Below are positions 54,524 to 64,000 of a stretch of 64,000 bases of DNA, piece by piece. A program made the position numbers and the translations under genes. Positions within the stretch are counted from its first letter, which is position 1; each line of letters starts with the position of its first letter. The notes below the pieces were generated by a model. It searched no databases. It was given only the letters and a program-made list of their open reading frames with translations, and was not told where the DNA came from. Source of the stretch: Octopus vulgaris (lineage: Eukaryota); NCBI GenBank assembly GCA_951406725.2, contig OX597832.1, positions 1,922,001 through 1,986,000 on the forward strand, in the 5' to 3' direction.

Positions 54524-54579
54524 TATTATTAATATCATCATCATCATCATCATCATCATTATTATTATTAATATCATCA

Positions 54580-54642
<63 letters not shown>
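54335..54642. repeat. (ATT)n/(ATC)n compound microsatellite
   Basis: Direct reading. Confidence 0.96.
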
Positions 54643-54646
<4 letters not shown>

Positions 54647-54649
54647 ACT

Positions 54650-55461
54650 GTTTAATATTTGGTAGATTTCTACTGCATCACCTGCTACCCCTCCGTGTTG
54701 TTGGGGTGTGTGCAGCATCGTGTGTTCTTTTCTGTTGTTGGGAGTATGCACACTCTTCCCGGTACTGTATTGAGTTACCTTTCTTTTTCTTGAGGTGTGG
54801 TGCAGTCTTTTGTTGTGTTACTGCTTGTATTGTGTGTTGAGTGTGTAATGGTTTGATGTTCTGGCTTGCTCGTGGATGTTTATTTCGCTGGATAAATGTT
54901 GTATAGAGTGTGTCTTGTATTTGTGTGTTGTCTTGTTTAGGTTGTATTATTGGGTTGATGGTGTTTAGCGTAGGATGTGGGCTGTTCCCAGTAGGGTTGT
55001 TTTTTCGGACAATGTGTAGTGTTGAAGATCCAGGTAGAGCTTCTACGTTTTTGTTCACATGTTCTTTTATCATGCTCAGTACTTCGACTATTATTGGTAC
55101 TGTTTTTACCTTCATGTACCACATTTAGAATACTTCAATTTCGAGGGCTTTGTTCTCCGCTTCTTTTTTAAGAATATTTTGATCAGAAGGGACTGCAATG
55201 TCAATCAGTAAGCAGGTGTTTCTTCCCCAATCCTTGACTATTATATCTGGGCGGTTAGCTTTTATTTCTTTGCCGGTTTGAACCGACAAATCTCAGATGA
55301 TTGTGGCCTTGTCGTTGTCTTGTACCTTGCTTGAGAATACTTATACAACCTGTAATGGCATGTTGTCCAGTGGATATAACAGCTAACTCTGTCGTATCTC
55401 TCTATATATTCAGACTTGGCAAGGACTGGGCAACCCGAGAGGATGTGGCCAACTGTCTCAT
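54650..55461 (-). mobile_element. 3' fragment of Dong element H
   Basis: ETVGHILSGCPVLAKSEYIERYD, ANRPDII, LLIDIAVP and MWYMKVKTVPII. Confidence 0.83.
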
Positions 55462-57225
55462 TACTATTATTATTTTCATATACACTCAACAGTTTAGGCT
55501 GTAGAAAAAGAAAAATATCCTAACATCAGGCTACAACAAGTAACCCTAGATGCCAAGAACCCTCCTAAGTATCCTAGCTGTCCCTAATAACACTGTTTTC
55601 TGGAGCTGTACTAAATTGGGTTTTACGTCTATTTCCTCTATCCATCAGTTCTGATCTTTAAGGATAGCTTCCAATGCACCTATACCTACTGGGATACTTT
55701 TACCTGCACTTTCCATAGTTTCTGTAATTCACTAGCTAGGTCCTGGTACTTTGCTATTTTTTAATACTTCTCATATTAATGTTTTCATCTTATATGACTG
55801 TAAAATCAATTATCCGTCACTTTCTATTCTCTTTATCTACTACTACCAAATCAGGACTTCTAGCTTCTATTACTCTGTCAGTTTGAATGTTGATGTCCCA
55901 CAACATATTATAGTTCTTACTTTCTAGTACTTTACTAAGTTCATGTTCTTACCATTTATCAGTATGTTCAAATCCTAGCTTTCTACATATCTCTCAGTGG
56001 ATTGCTCTCCCTAGATTGTCATGTCTTTTCTTGTATTCTCTCTGTGTCAGCATGCTACATTCACTTACTATATGAGTAACGCTTTCCTCTTTTGATTTAT
56101 ATAATCTACATTAGGAATCTACTTGGTTTTTGTCTTAACGCTTGATCTTGTGCAACTACTAACAAACTTTCTGTCTCCCTTTTCAGCTTTCCTTTCTGCA
56201 ACCATGACCATGTCTCACTATTACTATTTGTTGCAACTATCTTTTGGAATCTACAGGCATCTCCTTCTCCTGCCAGTCAGATAAATTCTGTTCATTTTCT
56301 CTGGTTTTTAAATTCGTTTGGATATTTGGTTACCCTGTCTTGCTGTGGTTCTAGCAGCTTTTAATAAACTTCTTCACTATTACCTATATATGAGTCTATT
56401 TTCTACTGTAGCAAACTCAACGCAGTCTTCTACTTACATTAACCCTTTTCTGTTTTCCTTTCTAGGTAGGTATAATCTTGCTACTCCAGCCCTTGGATGC
56501 AGTCCTTCATTCATATTGAATTCCTTCCTAGTTCTTCTGTTTAGCTTTGCTAGTTCAGTTTTTGTCCTATCTACAAAAGCTGCTGAGTATCTAAGTAACG
56601 ATATTGCTAAAGTATTTATAGCCTTCACTAGATTCGGACCACATAGCTTTGACTTCATTAGTTTCCTCACTCTTCTGATGTATTCGTTCTCAATTTTCGT
56701 TTTCATTTCTGTAGTTAGTACTCCGTCATATTCTAATACTCCTAGATACTTATAACTCTCTCCTCCTTTCAATGATTTTAATGTCTGGCAATCTGGTAAT
56801 TGGATGCCTTCGCTGTTGTCTATCTGTCCTCTTCTCATGACTAATATTGCACACTTATCTATGCCAAATTCCATGCCTATATCTTTGCTGAAGCGTCTTA
56901 CAGTCTGTATTAAGGAATCTATCTTTTTTCCATTCTTACTGAAAAGCTTCAGGTCATCCATATAGAACAAATGGTTAAGTTTTCCTTTACTATTTCTGAA
57001 CTGATAACCTGCTTTTGCCTTCCTTGATATTAGATTGAGGGAGATCAAACATAAGACAAATATAAAGGGAACAATGCGTCCCCCTAGAAAATTCCTCTTT
57101 TGATATTAACTTTCCCTAAGAGTGTGTCACCTGAGTAGAGACCTACTTTCCATTTCTTCATGCTACAGCTAATTAATTTTCTTATGTTGTCTGCTATACT
57201 GAATATACTAAAAATTCATTTAACC
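55462..57225 (-). mobile_element. 5'-truncated Dong element G (same family as F)
   Basis: FYMDDLKL, YKYLG, RHD and a C-terminus homologous to F. The 3' UTR ends in a short (TAA). Confidence 0.88.
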
Positions 57226-57585
<360 letters not shown>

Positions 57586-57589
57586 CTTT

Positions 57590-57944
57590 TTTTTTCCTCT
57601 TTCAAATTTGCTTCCATTTCTTGCCGAGTGTCTTCCCGACTCCTAGGGCAAAGAAACTCATAGTATACATTGGTAGTCCATTAAACTAGACTCAATAGTT
57701 CGTTCATTTTTTTTTTTTTTAAGTTAAATTAAAATACATGGGTAGTAATAATTCTCACATCGACAATGCTCTTCTCAATACGTGTGATGTACCAGTTAAG
57801 ACAATCTTTTGCACTTCTTGCAGGGATGGTAAGCCAGGGATCATTCTCATATAATTTTCGGTTCCCTTCTTGATCATTCCTAGTGCTCCTACGATCACTG
57901 GTATTGCAACCGCCTTGAGATGCCACATTTTCTCAATTTCAATG
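57590..57944 (-). mobile_element. Displaced 3' end of Dong element E
   Basis: IEIEKMWHLKAVAIPVIVGALGMIKKG...VLRRALSM* plus 3' UTR, the expected continuation of ...SAKEFD(K) at 49291. Confidence 0.85.
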
Positions 57945-58128
57945 AACTGATGGATAGAGGAAATAGGCACAAAACCTAGTTTAGTACAGCTCCAGAAAAC
58001 AGCGTTATTAGGGACAGCTAGGATACTTAGAATCGTTCTTGGCATCTCAGGTTACTTGTTGCTGCCCGATATTTGGATTTTTTTCTCTTCGAACTGTCTA
58101 ATCTGTTCTTGTATATGAAAATAATAGC
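57943..58128 (+). mobile_element. 3' end of Dong element F
   Basis: 57943-58053 is the reverse complement of 49290-49400. It continues into a 3' UTR like that of G. Confidence 0.87.
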
Positions 58129-58129
58129 G

Positions 58130-58188
58130 AGAAGAAGAAGAAGAAGAAGAAGAAGAAGAAGAAGAAGAAGAAGAAGAAGAAGAAGAAG

Positions 58189-58220
<32 letters not shown>

Positions 58221-58221
58221 C
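58130..58221. repeat. (GAA)n(CAA)n microsatellite
   Basis: Direct reading. Confidence 0.96.
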
Positions 58222-58671
58222 GATAAATTATGATATACGTCGACCGTTTTTAAAACTTGTCTGCCAGCTTTCCTGTAAAATTGTAATATTTCTGTGCGCT
58301 TTTTTGACACCATTAACGCAGAATTGTTGCTTGAAATATAACCAAATCGAAACTTGAAACGTTGTTAATCATTCTGTTGAGGTCTCGATAAAATATCTTT
58401 ATTTGTACCAGAAGCCATAGCAGAGAAGTGTTGAAAGTCTCTGACGAAATCTAAACATTGAACTTCAAAATGAAATCAAATGAAATTTTCGTGTCTGCAC
58501 TTAGAAGGATTAAGAACTCCATTGAACGGAATTTAGCGAAATGGTAGTAGTTTTTGTCTAAATTATACAATAGCAGTAAATAAAAATTGTGATTTCAGTG
58601 CAGATATGTGTATATGTGTGCGTGTGTACCTGCATGTGTGCAAACCTCTATATGTGCACGTTTGTTTGGAG

Positions 58672-58922
<251 letters not shown>

Positions 58923-60400
58923 GTGTTTGTGCGCACGTATGTGTGTGTGCCTGTGTATGTGCTCGTTTGTTTGTGTGTGTATGTATGTATGTATGTATGT
59001 ACGTATGACTTCAGTTTACTGAATTGTATTTCAGTGTTGAATAAACAGTTTTGCGGATGACACAAACATGGGGATATAATTTAAATTTTGGGGAACGTGT
59101 TAATGATTTCAACATCGCACTTTTTACACCTCGTCAGAGTTTGCTAACTTTATTCGAAATGATAATGAAAGAAAGTAGCATATGTCGACCAAAATGTACT
59201 TCATAATTATAATGTTTATAAACTAATTTGTATACTAATGTTAGTTTCCATACTAATGTTGGCATATTAATTTCTTTATTGTCGTGCAGGTCACACGCGC
59301 AAATAAGCTTATGTCGTCTTAACCCTTTGGACCCTATGAACCCATCCTGACATGACCTCCACCCTGAGCTCCCAATGAAAATTTGCAAAAAATTCAGTTG
59401 TGATTTATTTTTATTTATGTCAAAGTTTTTCTGGCTATTTGTCATAAACAAACAAATAAAATACCTATTTCAAGTTGTTTATTTTATTTTCTCACTTCTA
59501 CCTCTATAACTGAAGTTTAGCATGGAATTTAAGTCTAAAATGTTCTCGAAGCTCCCTCCCGGAAGTTCAGCGGCAAATAGAAGCCTAAACTGCGATGTAA
59601 AAGGATCTTTTATTGGTTAAATATTTAGCGGCTAAGCGGGTATATATAGTATACGCTCAGGCTGGAAAACCGGCCTGGCGGGTTCAGAGGTTTAGATTAT
59701 GGTATTTTGAGCTACTCACTCTGGATATTATGGTGATATTAATTAAACAAACTCTGGTGAGGATTCACAATATCGAAACTCTAGTAAGCTCCAACTCTTC
59801 GTTGTTACACCAAGAAATCATTTTAGATTTATATTTACTTCTTTAAACTTCATTTTTAATATTACGTTTACATATATATGTTGTGTGGATAGGGGTGTAT
59901 GTGTATGTGTGTAAGAGTGTGTGTGTGTTCGTGTGTGTTTGTGTGCGTGTGTGTGTGTGTGTGTGTAAATTAATAGGTTTAAAACCGGTCACAAGCAACG
60001 TGAGACGACATTGTTTGAGTCAAGATACTTCCAGGGATTTGTGAATACATTCATGCGAACATATGGTTACAAATGTATGAATATATGTTTGCGTATGTTT
60101 TGTACGTATTTTTGCATCTTAACATGTGATTACGCATATACTCTTCAAACGTTGTTGGGTTTTTTGCATATGTATGTGTGCATGTGTGTAGAGTATATAT
60201 TGTATGAGATGGTGCGTATATGTCTCTTGCTGAAGACTTAACTGGAGGCTGCCTTATGCCTCTGTTTTCAACCATCCGTCAACTTTACTATTGATTCGGA
60301 AGCTAGCAGTCATGGTTAGTATTCTATGCTTCCCCCACTTTTTGATTGCTAATGTTCCTATGTTCCACTGTAAATTTTTGTGTATGTATATATATATATA

Positions 60401-61341
60401 AGGTTTCCGCCTCCATTTCCACCCTGCTCTCCACTCGGCTTCTTCCATCTTACCCATACTCCGCACCACATCTTACCGCCTTATGCGGGCCACCATTCGC
60501 TCCAATCTCTCTAAACTACATACAATTGACTGCCTCCTCCCTCCTGCTTTTTCCATCCTTTTCTCCTCTCTGCCGCCTTTCCATGTTCAAAACACGCTAC
60601 GCTTCATTATCCATTTAAATCATCTCTTCTATCAATTTCTTTCCAATACCAAACTTCGTAAACTCCAATCACTCCTCTATTCCACCACACCCGACGCCAC
60701 TACCCCTACTCCTCCACTACCCTTCTTCCCTCCCGATAGGCTCCACCCACCCACACCTAACCCCACTGTCCCTCCCAACAACCCCCCACACACCTCCCCA
60801 ATCCCTCCCCCTCAGACCTCCACCAGCCCTACCACCCCTCCTACTCCTATTCCCATTCCATCCACCCCTCGTACTTCTATTCCACCCACCCCTTCTCCCC
60901 TTCCGTCTGTTGTTACCATTCCCCCTGATCTTCCCTCTCTGCGGCGGAACGTTCCGTCCTTAGTAGGGGTCTGCGTTTCATCCCCCTCACTCCATCCTGT
61001 AAGGAATTCCAGACGCGTGCTGATGTCCACAGCTTTGTGCGCCGCGTCCGGTTGGGTGCGTTTTTCCGCGACTCACGACCCGCATCCAACGATGAGGACT
61101 GCTTCACTGACCTGGGCCGCCGACCATCCCTGTGGACGCCTGCTCCCGGCCAGTTCCTAGCAGTGGATCTTTTCGCGGGCGCCTGTCAGCGTGCGTTGAG
61201 CGGTTCAACTTCTCCAGGCTCCACCGCCGCCTCAACATCTCCCCGGCCGAGCTCTCGGCTCTTCGTTCCCTCCAACGGCGCGCTGACATTATCATCAAAC
61301 CGGCTGACAAGGGTGGAGCTGTGGTGGTGTGGCGCGCGGAC

Positions 61342-61344
<3 letters not shown>
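60401..61344 (+). mobile_element. N-terminal fragment of a C-rich Penelope-like element, flanked by (TA)n
   Basis: NISPAELSALRSLQRRADIIIKPADKGGAVVVW (PLE pre-RT DKG motif) and a P-rich linker. Composition resembles 12100-13254. Confidence 0.85.
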
Positions 61345-61377
<33 letters not shown>

Positions 61378-61727
61378 CTTACTTATATATATATATAAGT
61401 TCTTTATACATACATATATATGTATGTATATGTGCATGTATAAAGAAAGTGGCACTCAACACCTTTAGTTGATAATTGGTTGAGTCAGTTCTCTATTGCT
61501 TAAAGAACTTGGCTTATATTTAATTATTACTACAAACTTAACAAGTGTCGATTTTCTGGGTGTCACCCTAGACATCGAGAGAGGTCTAGGGTGACATCAG
61601 TAACTGTCAAAGTAAACTTGTCTAATCCAACCTATCGCCGTCTGCCTGACGCCAGTACACTCTTCTAAAGTTCATTTGGGTAAACAGAAAAATCTCATTA
61701 AAAGGGTTGTTAAGGTACACATATATA

Positions 61728-62530
61728 TCTATAATACATTAAAAGTGAACTTGAATCTTGCTTGCTTGCAATGTTACCCAGCCAAACTGGCGCATAATGG
61801 ACAAGTGGTTATTGAGATATTAGGCGTTTTCGGGGTATAAATACCCAAAACGGTGCATAATGGGAAAATATTCCGAAAATAATTTAACCCTGAAAGGGAA
61901 GAAACTCTTACCTTTCGATTAGACACAGTGACTTGACAACGAAAAATACGATTTGTTTTTACAGTAAATATTTCTATTTTAATCATTTAGAAATATTTTT
62001 AAGTGAATGTGATTTCATAAATTTAAGTTGTGTGTGCAGTATTTATATTTTAGCTTTCTTTAAACAGACAATATTTTAAGGTTTTTTAATTATTTTCAAG
62101 TGAATGCCATTACAAACTTTTTTTTGCATATTTAAAAAATATTTTAAAGTGAAAATGACTTTAAAAATAAGGTCAATATTTCGTAAAAGACCAGTTCGTA
62201 ACCTTGTGTGAAATAATTTTTTCCATAGGTTTTTCGAGTGCATTCAGCATATCTCACCTCCAAAGATTTGGCTGCCATTTCTAGCACGCCCTACTACTAC
62301 GTAGCTATTTGCGATAGAGGACCCGAAATACCTGTTACGTGGTAGCAGTCCGTGCAATAGCAGCCAAATCTTTCTTCTTCTGAGGAAAGGAGCCGTTTAC
62401 GCGTGCTTTCGACGTCACATTCGTTGAAAGAATGCAAAATAACATGGAAAAAAAAAAACTCACGAAACAAAACCCAATTGCTGAGAAACTCAGACTTTCC
62501 CGGTGACCCAACGGGTCACGGGTACTCTAG
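61728..62530 (+). mobile_element. Non-autonomous Helitron
   Basis: A|TCTATAAT 5' end. 3' hairpin CCCGGTGACCC-AAC-GGGTCACGGG followed by CTAG|T. Confidence 0.7.
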
Positions 62531-62652
62531 TTAGTAGTAAAAATCACAATGAGAAGAATTCTAAAATTTTTTGGTCGTAGAAATTTGATAAAAAGCTAAA
62601 ACTTCATAAAGCAAATATAAAACCACATTCTCTCCTTGTTTTTCTTTTCTGT

Positions 62653-62694
62653 GTCTCTTTCTGTAGAAGAGCGTAGGCTCGAAACGTAAAAGAC
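62653..62694 (+). ncRNA. Putative minimal/variant hammerhead ribozyme in a Penelope pLTR-like segment (62620-62783)
   Basis: GTCTCTTT-CTG-tag-AAGA-G-cgtagg-ctC-GAAA-CGTA-AAAGAC, with possible stem I pairing, a palindromic ACGT stem III and a GUA cleavage triplet. Confidence 0.45.
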
Positions 62695-62780
62695 TTTTTC
62701 AATTCCTGAGCGTTATACTAATACATCTGTTTATTTTCTACAGCACCTGTCTTCGTCTTTGGTTTTTTTCGTAAACTCTC

Positions 62781-62814
<34 letters not shown>

Positions 62815-62818
<4 letters not shown>

Positions 62819-64000
62819 GTTGAAGAGTGTATTCGGGCTTGTGTTAGGAGACTTTTCGTAGATTTAGGCTGTCTCTTGCTTTTTATGATCGTGTGTGTTT
62901 GGAGGATTGTGTTCATTCTGTTGTCTTTTTTTAGGAGGGGTATGTTGTGGAGGATGGTGCCGAAGGCTTCATTATTAAGAGGGTTGTGTGTGGAGATGTA
63001 TGGTAAGGCTTTTGGTCGTAAGTTTTTCTTTGATTTGGGATGTCTCAGTTCCTTGATGTTAAGTTGAATGCACATGTCAATAAGTGAAGGTGGGTAGTTC
63101 CTGGTGATAAGGGTATCTTTTAGTTCTTGTAGTCGTGTGTCTCTGGTGTTTGCATTAGAAACTATAGTGCATATCCTTTTTGCTAGATTGACGGGGATAT
63201 TCATCCTGGTGTGTCTGGGGTGGCATGAATTGAATGGAAGATATTGCTTAGAATCTGTAGGCTTATAATATATATCTGTTTCTATTACATTATTAGCTTT
63301 CTTAATGAGGATATCGAGGAAGGGGAGTTGTTGCTGGCTATATTCCATCGTGAATTGGATGTTTACGTCCAGTCCGTTTAAAATTTCTTGGAATTCTATG
63401 AGTTTTTCTATATTTTTATGCCAAAGAATGAAACAGTCATCTAGATATCTCTTCCAGTTGTTTTCTATGTAGATGGAGAAAGGGCTGCCATATCTTTCTA
63501 GAACCTTACGATACAGACTGATCTCTAGATATCCTATGACTAGGTTGGCAAAGGAGGGGGCCATTCGTGTACCCATCGCAGTCCCCGATTTTTGTCGGTA
63601 GAAGTTGTCTTTAAAGGCGAAGAAGTTATTTTCCAGGATGAATTTAACCCCTTCTATCACGAATTCTTTTTTGATGCGATGTGGTAGTTCGTTGGCGTTA
63701 TTCTCTAGCCAGAATTGGATTGCCTCTAGTCCTAGGTTGCGGGGGATATTGGAGTAGAGGTTGACTACATCGAAGGATACCAGTATGGTGTTTTTGTTTA
63801 TAGTATTCGGTAGGTGATTGAGCATATCCAAGTCGTCCCTTATATAGCTTTTGACATGTTTGAGGAGTGGTTTTAACAGGGTGTCTAAAAAGTTACTGAG
63901 GTGGTGGGTTTCGCATGCGGGACCTGCTATTATGGGTCTCAATTTGAGGTCATTAGGATTAGGGACTTTAATTATCTTGTCTGTAGCTATCTTGCATGCG
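62815..64000 (-). mobile_element. Penelope-like element RT, open frame, running off the window end and stopping at (TA)n before the GIY-YIG domain
   Basis: LRPIIAGP, SFDVVNLYSNIP, GTAMGTRMAPSFANL, RYLDD, LPFLD, IYYKPT, SCHP and RNYP. Confidence 0.92.

Noticed and set aside
57755-58045. 96-aa ORF with a novel N-terminus
   Set aside because: It is a chimera across the inversion breakpoint (antisense F plus the C-terminus of E).

Overview
AT-rich, repeat-saturated eukaryotic DNA. The SINE and microsatellite content suggests a cephalopod (Octopus-like), which is an inference. No host protein-coding exon, rRNA, tRNA or CRISPR array could be supported. The window is a mosaic of retroelements that each sit in a different microsatellite. 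R4/Dong-type non-LTR elements (RT + CCHC + PD-(D/E)xK restriction-like endonuclease) are packed into (TAA)n tracts and include one apparently intact full-length copy (42840-~47450, 1301-aa ORF). Tx1/L1-type LINEs include one bracketed by (GATA)n. Penelope-like fragments end on (TA)n and have hammerhead-like pLTR motifs nearby. There are also three SINE families, a solo LTR, mariner, pogo and hAT relics, and a non-autonomous Helitron. The main structural result is an ~8.65-kb inversion (about 49290-57943). Reversing it restores two broken Dong elements and reveals a ~17-kb co-oriented array of about eight Dong copies from several families. The array also holds a non-coding 555-bp element that shares their 3'-UTR stem-loop architecture. 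Most ORFs in the supplied track are microsatellite or antisense artefacts.
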